A DNA stretch of 64,000 bases from Octopus sinensis (taxonomy: Eukaryota), in assembly GCF_006345805.1 (NCBI RefSeq), contig NC_042997.1, positions 76,384,001 to 76,448,000 of the forward strand, written 5' to 3'. Below are positions 12,308 through 25,197 of this stretch, one piece after another; the first letter of the stretch is position 1, and each line of letters begins with the position of its first letter. The position numbers and the translations under genes were made by a program. The notes beneath the pieces are model-generated. The model was not told the DNA's origin and made no database searches. It saw only the letters and a list, made by a program, of their open reading frames with translations.

Positions 12308-12407
12308 CTTTTAGACGTTGCAACGTTTCTGTGTCATTAATGATTAAATTAGCTTAATTAAATTAAATTAAGCCAATCTACCATAGGTTACACTTCATCA
12401 GTAAAAG
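12308..12407 (-). ncRNA. Type I hammerhead ribozyme, array copy 1
   Basis: Minus strand: CTTTTA-CTGATGA-A-GTGT...(13-bp hairpin GATTGGCTTAATT/AATTAAGCTAATT)...ACAC-A-GAAAC-GTTGCAAC-GTC-TAAAAG. The stem III palindrome is ACGTTGCAACGT. Confidence 0.88.
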
Positions 12408-12780
12408 ACCTGGGAGAGACAAATATACACGAGGCGTCTGTATTGATGCCTACGGGATATCTGACTTAAAATTTTCAAGACTGACGTATTCGCGCCAAAC
12501 TTATCAACAGTAAATATAAACTGCCGATTCAATCTCAGAATTATTCAGAAAATTATCAATTAGTCAATTTAGGGTAGCAAAAAAAATTCAATAGAAATTA
12601 TCGCAACCAGCGCCTGGTGGAAAAGAGAAAATAGTCATCGACTAAATATATAAATATAACAATTTAGGAGTGACCCCAACAGGTCACTCGTCCACCAGAA
12701 AGAGCAGCCATAACTCACACCGCCAAGTAGTATTAATTCAGAAATTAGGTGAAAATTTAAAAACATTTACCCTAATTCAT

Positions 12781-12880
12781 CTTTTAGACGTTGCAACGTT
12801 TCTGTGTCATTAATGATTAAATTAGCTTAATTAAATTAAATTAAGCCAATCTACCATAGGTTACACTTCATCAGTAAAAG
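12781..12880 (-). ncRNA. Type I hammerhead ribozyme, array copy 2
   Basis: Same sequence as 12308-12407. Confidence 0.88.
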
Positions 12881-13255
12881 ACCTGGGAGAGACAAATATA
12901 CACGAGGCGTCTGTATTGATGCCTACGGGATATCTGACTTAAAATTTTCAAGACTGACGTATTCGCGCCAAACTTATCAACAGTAAATATAAACTGCCGA
13001 TTCAATCTCAGAATTATTCAGAAAATTATCAATTAGTCAATTTAGGGTAGCAAAAAAAATTCAATAGAAATTTATCGCAACCAGCGGCCTGGTGGAAAAG
13101 AGAAAATAGTCATCGACTAAATATATAAATATAACAATTTAGGAGTGACCCCAACAGGTCACTCGTCCACCAGAAAGAGCAGCCATAACTCACACCGCCA
13201 AGTAGTATTAATTCAGAAATTAGGTGAAAATTTAAAAACATTTACCCTAATTCAT

Positions 13256-13355
13256 CTTTTAGACGTTGCAACGTTTCTGTGTCATTAATGATTAAATTAG
13301 CTTAATTAAATTAAATTAAGCCAATCTACCATAGGTTACACTTCATCAGTAAAAG
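13256..13355 (-). ncRNA. Type I hammerhead ribozyme, array copy 3
   Basis: Same sequence as 12308-12407. Confidence 0.88.
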
Positions 13356-13396
13356 ACCTGGGAGAGACAAATATACACGAGGCGTCTGTATTGATG

Positions 13397-13484
13397 TATA
13401 TATACATACACACACACACGCATATATACATATGTATATATATATATTATATAATATATACATACACACCACACACATATATAC

Positions 13485-13529
<45 letters not shown>

Positions 13530-13550
13530 CATACACACACACATATATAC

Positions 13551-13587
<37 letters not shown>

Positions 13588-13663
13588 CATACACACACAT
13601 ATATATATACATACACACACATACATATATACATACACACACACACACATATACATGTGTATA

Positions 13664-13696
<33 letters not shown>

Positions 13697-13697
13697 G
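13397..13697. repeat. (TA)n/(CA)n/(TACA)n microsatellite
   Basis: Direct inspection. Confidence 0.95.
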
Positions 13698-14456
13698 AAT
13701 AACGATTTTTTAGTTAAATAATTTGGTAATTAGAATTTTGGACTATAACTGAGTTAAGGGTATTTGTGAGTTTATTATGTTTTTTTAAGCTATTTTATAT
13801 ATTCATAAATATCTCTAATAGTTGACTTTGTTCTATTATAGCTTATATATAGCTATTTTCAATTGCTAATTTGTAGTAGTGTTTTTCATTGATAAATATA
13901 TTCGTAGTATTTATTGGATGCTATATAAGTATGGATTGATAATTTCATTGTATAAGTATTTAGTTGTTTAAGATATGTATTTCACTATTTCATTATTAGT
14001 TCTTAACTATACGGTTTTTGTAAGTTATTAATTAGCCAACGAGATATATGGATCGCTAAATAGTTATGGGGTTCTTTTAAGATAGTTTATCTGTTTACAA
14101 TTTGCTTTTTCATCTTTAATCTTTTAATTTTTAAAATATTTCATAAGTAATAGTTTTTTATTATACGTATATATATATTTATTGATAGAAATAATTTTAT
14201 ATCTTAATTCTTATATTTATATATATTTATATATATTTATTGATAATTTAGTTATTATTCGAATATGTTATAATTATTTGATTTGAACTTAAATTTAATA
14301 TGAATAGTGATTATTTTTTTGATTATTTTTTTGTTAAATAATTAGGTAATTAGATATTGACTATAACTGAGATTAGGTTATTCGTGAGTTTATTATTTTT
14401 TTTTTAAAGCCATATTATATCTGAATAGATAAATACATTTTCTATCTATTCTTACC

Positions 14457-15529
14457 TTAACCCTTTCGTTACCAAACCGCCTGAAAAAAATTTTGGTTAA
14501 TGTGACCAAACCGCCCGAATTTACCTATTCATATTTAAATGAGAATATCAGAGCAAATCTCTTTAGTACATTCGTGAAAATACGTATTATACTTCGTAAA
14601 GAGTTCAACTACAGTTTTGTACAAAAATCGAAGTGTAATTTTAATTCCGTGAATTTTGGGAGATTTTTTTCCGAAATTTGTTCCTATTGTGTTTTCAAAA
14701 TTTGTAATTCTGACAAAAAATGGATACGAATTTCATTATATCAAGCAGCGAGTCAGAATTCGAAGGATTTTCTACTGAAGACCTTCATAAATCTAACTCT
14801 ATGACTAAAAAAAAAAGCACGTGGTATTTGATAATGAATCTGATGTTTCATTTTCCGAAAGTGAAAACAGTGAATCCGAGAGCTCCGACAGCGATAAAGA
14901 AAATGAATTGGCACCTGAATGGAGTGAAAATTTAAAAACTGTTTCTTTCGGTGATTTTTCTGAAGAAACTGGACCAAGCCACAGACTTTCCCAGAAGAGT
15001 AAAGCCTTAGACTATTTCTTTTTACTTTTTTGAATGAGCCTATTTGAAATCATTACGGCGGAAATGAACCATTACGCTAAACGTAAACAAAATGAAAGAA
15101 AGTATAGTTAGTGGTTTCCCATAACCTTAAATGAAATTAAGACTATTTTGCCATAAATATTATTATGGGTATCAGAAAGTTACCCAGAATAACAAATTCT
15201 ATTGTAAAATTTTGTTGTATACCCAATTGAATATTAGCTAATAATCCATTTTCTATAGCGATGTTTGAACAAAATTTTAATAATTTTATATTTTGTTGAA
15301 TTTACCTGTATCTACCTGCAATTAGAGTCACTTTGTGACAAAAATTATAGTATAGAATTGGTTGAGAACATTTCATTAAATTATCTTCCAAATTTTACGT
15401 TAATATATTGATAAATAAAAAAATTATAGTTGTTTAATGAAACCAGACTAAATTTATGATTATGTTAGAAATTAATTGAAACACATAAGGGGTGTATTTT
15501 GGTCAGAAATATAGTAACGAAAGGGTTAA
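14457..15529 (+). mobile_element. Non-autonomous piggyBac deletion derivative, copy 2
   Basis: TTAA-CCCTTTCGTTAC...GTAACGAAAGGG-TTAA. Near-identical to 9081-10175, with the same internal deletion. Confidence 0.92.
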
Positions 15530-16059
15530 AAATTAATATTTAACATTATAATCATAATTGTTAAAGTTTCTAGTTTGATAATAGAGTTTTTTATAAGAAA
15601 ATTTATTATTTTATTTATTTCTTTAAAAATATTGTTTAAATATATTTGCTTATTTATTTAACTATTATCTTTAACCTGAAGATTGACTATAACCATAATT
15701 CGAATTGTTAATTGAATTTAAATTATTGTAATTCGAATTAGGTTATGGGCATGAAATGTATGTAGTGGTTTTACTTTCTATCTTATATTAAACTTTTTAA
15801 TACTTTTTGATAGTTATATATATTTAATAAAAAAAATTTTAAAAATAAAAATATAAAAATTTATAAATATAAATCAATAATTTCAATTTTAAATTTAAAT
15901 AATTTAAATTTTATATTTTATATATTTTATATTAATTATTTTTATTTTTTGGTTTATGTTTTTTCACCGTTTCATTTGCCTAATAGTGGTTTTATCTCTA
16001 ATTTAATTTATATATGTATATATATATATATATTCTCTTGATTTTCGATCTTTTCATGA

Positions 16060-16161
16060 GTTTATTTGCCATTCGCTATTTTTACTTTCAATATGTATTA
16101 TTTACTTATATTGACTTTCATATGCTAATTATTTAAATTAACCCTTAAATATATAGCTTCC

Positions 16162-16225
<64 letters not shown>

Positions 16226-16830
16226 CTTCGTTTCACCTGAATTATTTATGTAATTTTCTTAATGAAATCTCTTGTTCCTTCCTGTGCTCTCAAGTTGGCT
16301 ACATATATTTTGTAACCCTTGCTTGATCTTTCCATGTTTCATGTTGGCTAAATATTTTTTGTACTATTGTCTTATTTCCCTCCCACTCAATATAGCTTCT
16401 TGTGCTATTCTCTGCTACTATCATTGTTGTTTTCTTCAGCCCAGAGAGAAAGCGCCGTTCCATAATTTTCACTTCCGGTCGTAGAACTCTCACGTTCCCT
16501 TCCTGTTTTTTTTACTCAACTCACCCAATGTAGATGGTTCTTGGATGCCCAGTTATGCATTGCTAAGCTAAGATATTCTCTCGTTTTCCTATCTTCTCAG
16601 GCATTCATTCGCCATTCACAATTAATACTTTTAATATGTATTATTTATTAATATCTACTTTCATAAGTTATTATTTAAATTGACCATTCAATATATAACT
16701 TCCTAATCTCTCTCTCTCTCTCTTGGCCTTTGTTTCACATTAATTCTTCATGTAATTTTCTAAATTAAATTTCTCCTTCCTTCCTGTGTTCTCAAGTTGA
16801 CTACATATATTTTGTATCATCTCTCTAAAT
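16060..16830 (+). repeat. Diverged direct duplication (~540-bp period), each copy containing (CT)n
   Basis: GCCATTC...AATATGTATTATTTA...CTTCCTAATCTCTCTC...TTCCTTCCTGTG.TCTCAAGTTG.CTACATATATTTTGTA occurs at ~16067-16315 and ~16610-16820. Confidence 0.75.
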
Positions 16831-17199
16831 TAACCCTTGCTTGTTCGCAGTGTGCCAGCCCATTCCCACTCCCACCACCAATACTGGATATCTCTCTCTA
16901 ATCCCACCACCATCACTGGATATCACTTTTCTCTCACCAGAAACTCTCTCACTCATGTGGGTGGGTGTGTGTGCATGCTTGTTCTTGTGTGTGTGTGTGT
17001 ATATGGGCGTGCTTGTTACTCTCTTCTCTCACTGGGATTCCCCCCTCCCTCACTGGTGGTATCCTCTATCATACCTGCAATTTCCTCTCCCTGAACAAAT
17101 GCAAATAGTTTAGGTGTCCATTTTCTTAATCTAACATTGGCATATTGATATTTATCTTTATTGATTTACTTATATCTGCAACACCAGTAATGCTTAAAT

Positions 17200-20100
17200 T
17201 TACATTTTTATGATGTTCATAATTCTTATACTTACAATGCTGCTAACACCTACTCTGACCCCCAGTAGGGGCAACAATCTTAACATGCTTGAATGTTTGA
17301 ATGATGACAGGCCAAAAGTGAGAACAGGTGTAGTATGTCTATCAAACGACCATGGAAACCTTCTTGTTTTCAGGCACTGAATAAAATCTCCTCTCCCCAT
17401 GCCTCCTCCCACATTCCTTTCTCAGTTTTTAGAGTTAGCACTGTTAATGTAGGCACACTGAATGGTAGGTGTAGTGAGATTGTAGAGATGCTTGAACAAA
17501 CATGATGTATGCTGCATAGAAGAGGTAAAGGGGGGGAAGAGCTTCAGCCAGGATCCCCACAGGTGAGGCACATAGGTATAAAATCTTCTAGGAAGGTAAC
17601 AATGATAGAGTAGTGGGTGTAGGCATACTCCTTGCGGAGAAATGGGTGGATAATGTCATATAGGTAGTCAGGGTATGCAGTAGAGTGCTTAAGCTCAGGT
17701 TAGTCCTGCAGAATAGTATAGCTACAATTATCTCTGTCTATGCCCTACAAGTGGGCCTACAAAATGAACAGAAGGACCACTTTTATGATAACCTTCTTCA
17801 GGCTACCTCAAAGATGAGTAGCAATGACCTCATCTTTGCAGCTGGAGATTTTAATGGGCATGTTGTACGGCAATCTGATATCTTCTATGGTGTTCATGGA
17901 GGCCATGGATTTGGTTCCCGAAACAAAGAGGGAACTAGGCTACTGGAGTTCTGTGATGTATGCGACCTATTAATCTGCAACACTAACTTCAGGAAGCCAG
18001 ACAGCCACCTGATAACCTATCAATCAGGTGACTGCTAGCCAGATTGATTTCATCCTCACCAGACAGCGAGATGCAAGGTTACTCTTAAATACAAAGACCC
18101 TCCCTGGTGAAGAATGTACCCCCCTGCGTAGACTAGTTATTAATGACTTTAAACTCGAGGCCAGAAGGATGCCAAGAAGCAGACCAATCCAGATAAGAAA
18201 GATTTGGAAGCTAAAGAACCCTTCACGTTGTCAGAGATTTAGGGACATCCTCACTGAGAAATTTGATGAGAGGGAGGAGGAGCTACATACTTCAGACACA
18301 GAGGGTAAATGGAAATTCCTATGGGACAGCTTACTGAGTGCCACAGACCAAATCTGCAGCTGGTGCAAAGTCCCTTCCAGAACTAGAGTAATGTAGTGGT
18401 GGAATAATATGGTAGACAAGGTCATTAGAGCAAAGAAACAGGCCTGGAAATCCTGGAAGAGTGTGGGTAGCTGGGAACTATACCAGATAGCCAGAAGGGA
18501 GGCTGGGTGACAGGTATACATAGCCAAGGGAAAAACAGAAAAGAAGTTTGCCAATGTTCAGCGACATGAGGAGTAAAGAACTGAAGTATTTCGGATTGCA
18601 AGACAGTGTGTGAGAGAAAATTGTGATGTCATTGGAAAGAAATGTGTCCACATAGATGATGGTGCACTTGCTTTTAATGCTTCTGCAAAGAAAGATGCTT
18701 GGAGAAGCCATTATGAAAGGCTGCTGAGTGCAGAGAATGAATGGGAGGAGGAGAGCCTGCCAAATGGAATCACTCCTGAGATGCTTGAAACATCTGATGG
18801 TGTGGGTTATGGCCTAGTCATCCATATTGTAAACCAGGTAGTTCACGAAGGAGTCATACCCAATGACTGGTGTAGCAGCACCATAGTCAACTGTTACAAA
18901 GGTAAAGGTAATGCATTAGATACAAATAACTACAGTATTATCAAACTGCTGGATTAGGTGATGAAGGTCACGGAGAAGGTCATAGCCCAACTAATTAGGG
19001 AGAGAATCTGCTTAGATGAGATGCATTTCAGTTTTGTGCCAGGTAGAAGCACCACTGATGCTATATTTCTGGTACAGTAACTGCAGGAGAAATACCTAGC
19101 CAAAGATAAACTCCTAAACTTGGCTTTTGTTGACTTAGAGAAAGCCTTTGACAGGATTCCCCAAACTTTATCTGGTGCGCGATGCGGAAACTGGAGATTG
19201 ACGAGTGGTTAATAAGAGCTGTACAGGGTTGCTGTTTGTAAGCTAAGGTTTGCAATGTGTATAGTTAAGAATTCCGGGTAGAAGTAGGGGTTCACCAGGG
19301 ATCAGCCCTCAGCCCCCTCTTATTCATCATAGTACTCCAGGCAATAACTGAGAAATTCAAGACAGGTTGCCCCTGGGAGCTCCTCTATGCTGATCACCTT
19401 GCTCTCATAGCAGAATCACTACCAGAACTAGAGAAGAAATTTCAGGTGTGGAAGCAAGGTTTAGAATTGAAGGGCCTTAGAGTCAATGTTGCTAAAACCA
19501 AAGTCCTAGTCAATAGAATAAGAATAGCCTGGGCAAAGTTCAGAAAGCTCCTACTTCTACTGGTGACAAAAGGCCTCTTGCTCATAGTGAAAGATAGATT
19601 GTATGATGCATGTGTGTGAACTTCCATGCTACACAGGAGTGAAACATGGGCCATGAATGCTGAAGATATGCGTAGGTTTGAAAGAAATGAAGCTAGTATG
19701 ATCTGCTGGATGTGTAATGTCAGTGTGCACACACGACAAAGTGTAAGCACCCTGAGAGATTTGTTGGGCATAAGAAGCATCAGATGTGTGTAAGAGAGAC
19801 GATTGCACTGGTAATGTGCTGTATATGGATGACAGGAGCTATGTGAAGAAGTGTCACACTCTAACAGTTGAAGGAACTCGTGGAAGAGGGAGACCCAGGA
19901 AGACACAGAAGAGGTGGCGAAGCATGATCTTTGAATGTTGGGCCTCGCAGAGGCAATGATGAAAGACCAAGACCTCTGGAGATATGCTGTGATTGAGAAG
20001 ACCAGGCAAGTAAAGTGATATCACAGCTGTAGCCTACACCAGTGTCCCATAACCAGCCCATTTTAAAAGTACTTTTGAATAGTCGGGCGACATGCCGTGC

Positions 20101-20600
20101 TTGAGGGGACCTATTGAGAGTCAAGTAAAATCAAAATCAAATCAAATTACAATCAAATGGAAATTGTAATTGTCGCTGATGCCAGTGCCACCTCACTGGC
20201 TCCCGTGCTGGTGGAACACAATAAGCACCATTCATACATGGATCATTGACAGTGCTGCCTGACTGGCTCCCCATACCAGTGGCATGTAAAAAGCAACGTC
20301 TGAACTTGGTCCCTGCCAGCTCCCCACTCTCCCATCCACCCCGACCGGTTCCTGTGCTAGTAGCACATAAAAAGCACCATCCAAACACCTGGCCAATGCC
20401 AGTGCCACCTGAGTGGCCCTTGTGCCAGTGGCATATAAAAGGCACCCACTACACTCTTGGAGTGATTGGCATTAGGAAGGGCATCCAACTGTAGAAACAT
20501 TGTTGGATCAGATTGGAGCCTGGTGATTCCTCCTGACTCGCCAGTCCTCAATCAGACTGTCCAACCCATACCAGCATGGAAAACGGACGTTAAACGATGA
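17200..20600 (+). mobile_element. RTE-clade LINE, decayed, with internal deletion
   Basis: APE motifs (TVNVGTL, AAGDFNGHV, SQIDFILT), RT motifs (KAFDRIP, HQGSALSP) and a 3' UTR carrying the AAAAGCACC array. There is a deletion near 19510. Confidence 0.9.
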
Positions 20601-20636
20601 CCATGCATGTGTACATGTGTCTAAATGTTTTTAATA

Positions 20637-20689
<53 letters not shown>

Positions 20690-20691
<2 letters not shown>

Positions 20692-21115
20692 CGAAATCGA
20701 AATTGAACCAATCCTATGACTGGCACCCGGCAGATGCCAGGACCCCTGGACTGGTGGTACGTAAAAAGCATTATCCAAATCGTGGCCGATGCCAGTGCCG
20801 CCTCGACTGGCTTCCGTGCCGGTGGCATGTAAAAAGCACCATCCGAATCGTGGCCGATGCCAGTGCCGCCTCGACTGGCTTCCGTGCCGGTGGCACATAA
20901 AATGCACCAATCTGACCGTGACTGTTGCCAGCCTCACCTGGCACCTGTGCAGGTGGCACGTAAAAAGCACCCACTACACTCACGGAGTGAAGGGCATCCA
21001 GCTGTAGAAACATTGCCAGATAAGACTGGAGCCTGGGTGCAGCCTTCTGGCTTCCCAGATCCCTGGTTGAACCCTCCAACTCATGCTAGCATGGAGAATG
21101 GTCATGAAACGATGA

Positions 21116-21120
<5 letters not shown>
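20690..21120 (+). mobile_element. RTE 3'-end fragment with ~60-bp repeat array and (GAT)n tail
   Basis: Four TAAAA(A)GCA(C) units, then CCCACTACACTC...AAGGGCATCCAGCTGTAG...CATGCTAGCATGG...GATGAT. Confidence 0.85.
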
Positions 21121-21198
<78 letters not shown>

Positions 21199-21451
21199 AC
21201 ACACACACATACATATAAATCTGCATTCTCATGCTTATATTTGTTCATCTGTAAGGATGTAGGTACTTTCGTGTATGGGTATAAATATCTGTATCTAAAT
21301 ATCTATACATGTACTTCTGTGTAAATTGTATTATAAAGTGTATTATATATGTATAGGTACACGTTTTTATATATGATATTGCCTATGTCTGTATATATAT
21401 ATATTTTTGTACATGCTTTTATATGATATTGCCTATGTCTCTATATATATA

Positions 21452-21482
<31 letters not shown>

Positions 21483-21580
21483 TTGTACTGATCTACGAAT
21501 ATCTATATATGCCTGTGTATATTCGCATCTCTATACATGTATATATCCTTTTCTCAACTCTATATATCTATATGTTTGCA

Positions 21581-21625
<45 letters not shown>

Positions 21626-21959
21626 TATACTAAAACTCAGTTTGTTTTCCTGCCATTTGGTTAAGATGATAAAAATTACAAATAAAATAGGCATTTCTCC
21701 CTTGAAGAAAAAAAAATCAAGTTGAAAATGTCAATATTTTGAAGAGTCGCCATAGCTACCACTGTCTATCCTTTTTTCTTACTTTGTTTTTTCTTTCCTT
21801 ACTCATTGGACTTGAAAGATAGAAATGGACTTGAAAGAGAAATTCTTATATTTTTATGAGATATTTTTTGAATCACAGATATTTGATTTTTTGTTTATTT
21901 TTGTTAATGGAGAAATTAATATTTTATTTAAAATAAAATATTCATCTTTATCATTTTAA

Positions 21960-22490
21960 TCAAAAGGCAGAAAAACAGACAAACTATCTTTTTATAGACA
22001 AAGATCAGTTGCAATGGGAGGAGTTCAATCTCATAAGAATGGAAAAAGAAACAACAAATGGGTTGTACCTTATAATGAAACTATTCAAATGCCACTGCAA
22101 TGTTGAAATCATTGCCTTAGGGAGGTCAATTAAGTACATCATCAGGTACACGCTGAAAGGAAATGACCAATCTGCTTTTCAAACAAACAATGATAATGAA
22201 ATTAGTCAATATCTAATGGATGGATATTGGGTAATTGGACCATCTGAAGCAGTTGCATACATTTTAGGATTTTCAATTCATGAAAGAGCACCTGCAATAG
22301 TGAAACTGAAAGTTTAAACAGATGAACAAAGAATATTCCTCAGAAATAATGAAGATATATATGGCTGTCAATGTAAGACATATGAGAACAACATTGACAG
22401 AATTCTTTTCATTCTACATCAATGATGACTTTGCAAAAGCATTACTTTATGCTGAAGTAATCATGTATTTCACTTGGAACAGTAGTAACA
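21960..22490 (+). mobile_element. Helitron Rep/helicase fragment (5' part)
   Basis: Reads FKCHCNVE...SIKYIIRYTLKGND...EISQY...SEAVAYILGFSIHERAPAIVKLKV, then TTLTEFF...FAKALLYAEV..YFTWN. Confidence 0.8.
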
Positions 22491-22569
22491 AAGAAAGGGA
22501 TCTGTTCAGTTTGGCTCAGATTTTTTTTAATTAATTTTTTTTAACTAAACAGTTTGAAACTTCATATAC

Positions 22570-23709
22570 TGGTGTAATTTATCATGCAGAACATGGTTTA
22601 CTTTGAACATTTTTGGCAATATTTCGTATTTTAGAAGTTATTTTGTATTAAAGTTGTCATATTTGGGTAATTTTAACCAATCAATGATGTGTATTCAATT
22701 GAACAAAGCTACTGCTGTTTGTGTTAGTAATCGAAGAGGAACAACTTCCAGGTCATCTCTACTAAATGTCACCACTCTGTTTTATTTTATTTTTTGTTTA
22801 CTGCCTGTGTTGCATATTACATGCTTTTTTTTGTTGGTTCTCACGTCAGAGTAACCAGTAAACATCGAAGGAAGAAATATTATTTACAATATTTATTCAT
22901 TTGCTTGACATCTGTATTTAAGCCGCAGGGCTGAATTTGGGGGAAAATTTTGATTTTATCTACACATAAAGTGCACTGGTGTTTAAAAGATGTATAGGGC
23001 TATGGGCCCACAGCTAGCTTTTTTGTTGTTGATGTGTATGTAGTTTCAAAATGCCTTATTTTACAACTATGAGATGTATTGTTATAGTAGTTTTATCTTA
23101 CTATAATCAGCAACAAAATACATTTCGTCAATACAAAAGTCTTTATTAGATTAAAAATACCATTATCAAAATATGAAGTTAAAACAAAACAAATATGCTT
23201 TGTTTACTTCCAGGCACCAATGTACTGTAGCCGTAGTCTTTCGCATTGTTCACCAACTGACCATTCCTCTGAAAAAATCAGTGGAATCAGTCGATCTCTA
23301 TACACAAATCATTTTCCTCCTGAAACTTATAAAAAAGTACACATATTAGGTGCACCTTTCTATAAGCAGCACACTAAATTTTCCAATTAAAAAATAGCAG
23401 CTTTTACCCCAGAAAAAAGTTTGCTCGCTGATTGGTAGTTGATAGTGTAGAAGTGTCTGTCTGCCAGTAGAGATGGAAAGAGTAAGGTATGCATGAGAAC
23501 AGAATGGTGACATTTAGTAGAGATGACCTGGAAGTTATTCCTCTTTGATTACTATTGCAAACAGCAGTAGCTTTCTTCAACTGAATACATGTTGTTGATT
23601 GGTTAAAATTACCCAAGTACGACAACTTTAACACAAAATAACTTCTAAAATACGAAATTTTGCCAAAAGTGTTCAAAGTAAACTGTGTTCCGTGTGAGAA
23701 ATTACTCCA
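22570..23709. mobile_element. MITE-like element with ~212-bp imperfect terminal inverted repeats, inserted in the Helitron
   Basis: 22570-22781 is an imperfect reverse complement of 23498-23709. The interior is non-coding. Confidence 0.8.
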
Positions 23710-23850
23710 AAGAAAGCAAAAAAAAAAAAAAAAAAAAGTTGAAGGCCATTTGAATGTTTTCACAGAAGAAATACTGGGTTGTGTTTATGTTGTCACACCA
23801 AAGACAGGAGAACTGCATTATTTAAGAATTTTATTGCATAAAGTTTGAAA
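23710..23850 (+). mobile_element. Helitron fragment (continuation)
   Basis: Reads QRKQ...VEGH.NVF.EEILGCVYVVTPKTGELHYLRILLHKV, matching the Helitron GRVY.V.P...E..YLRLLL motif. Confidence 0.7.
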
Positions 23851-23979
23851 TAGTTATTTTTCCTTTGCCACCACACATTGTCATTTTCAACCTGGAGTGG
23901 TTGTAACCCAACATGTCATGGTGGGTACATCTAGTTTATGTATATTTATGTCTTGAAGTATGTATGTATATTTGGCTAT

Positions 23980-24360
23980 CATCATCATATTCAACGTCCT
24001 TCCATGCTGGTATGGGTTAGACGGTTTGACATGAGTTGGCTAGGCAGAAGACTGCACCATACTTCTTTGTCTGTTTCGGTATGGTTTTTACAGCTGGATG
24101 CCTTTCCCAACACCAACCACCCTGCTGAGTGGCCTGAGTGGTTTTTATGTGGCACTCTCACGAGCAAGGTCAGTTTTGGCATTGTTTTTACAGCTGGATA
24201 TCTATGAAAATGCCGACCACCTTACAGTGTGTTTTTTAAGTGGCAATAGTACTGGCAGGGTCACCAAGTAACTTTGCTAGATGAGGAATCTTTAATAGGG
24301 GAGGGGGCATTGAAAGAGGTAATCTTGTGTCAGATGATGAAAGGTTAGTGTGTGACAGAG
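23980..24360 (-). mobile_element. RTE 3'-end/SINE fragment
   Basis: (CAT)n followed by CGTCC.TCCATGCTGGTATGGG...CAGCTGGATGCC.TTCC, the reverse of the RTE 3' tail. Confidence 0.8.
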
Positions 24361-24856
24361 AGACAAACAAGTCTGCTAGAGAGTTGAAAACTTCAGAATT
24401 TAGCCTGGTTTTAAAATACTAACATCATGTGTATGAAATTTTTTGCTTGGACTTGTATTTAGTTCAGATGGTATCCAAAATTCAGTTAATAGTACCCTGA
24501 AAAAGCAGCAAGTAATGCTAAAATGCACACCAAGAAGCAAGATTTTGCACTGTGCACAAAATTTTAGCAGAAACATATGTAGGTGCAGAAATGGAAAGAC
24601 GTGATTCACAGCAGAATAAAACTAGATATATAAATCTCTATTCTCCTTATTAATTTATTATTTCTTCTCTACCGACAACATTCAGTCACTATAAAGACAT
24701 GGATTTACCAATGTGAAGATCTGCTGTGGATAGTAAAATAAACTAACTGAAGTTATTTCCCTTCCTCGGTGCTGGACAACCACCTGGCTAAAGACAGCAG
24801 TCAGCTGACCCTTTTCACAGTATACTTTTCAAAGTGACTCTCAGTTGCTGTTATTG

Positions 24857-25121
24857 TAAGGAGAAAAACTAGTTTTAAATCTCTGATGGAGATTTATGTA
24901 GTAACAGTACTGAATAGTAAAGTTTATTTGCCAACAGTATGTCTCGGACACTGATCGTATGTCGATAAACGGACTGGAAAAGTTGGTTTCCTGGGATTAA
25001 AAAGTAGTAATATACTCCTAGTGAGCACTGCCACATTATGTGGGCAAATAAACTTTACTATCCAGTACTGTTACTACACAGATCTCAATCAGAGATTTAA
25101 AGCTTGTTTGTTTTCTCCTTA
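24857..25121. mobile_element. MITE (~260 bp) with ~76-bp TIRs and TA target duplication
   Basis: TA-AGGAGAAAA...AAAGTTTATTTGCC (24857-24932) is an imperfect reverse complement of GGCAAATAAACTTT...TTTTCTCCT-TA (25043-25121). Confidence 0.8.
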
Positions 25122-25129
25122 TATATATA

Positions 25130-25197
<68 letters not shown>

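Larger units (their letters stand above)
12086..13396 (-). repeat. Tandem array of ~474-bp non-coding units (2.8 copies), one hammerhead per unit
   Basis: Units start at 12086, 12560 and 13033 and differ only by a few homopolymer indels. The array is flanked by TA-rich microsatellite. Confidence 0.95.

Noticed and set aside
13700-16050. NUMT (mitochondrial insertion)
   Set aside because: AT-rich, but no mitochondrial protein, rRNA or tRNA sequence was recognisable.
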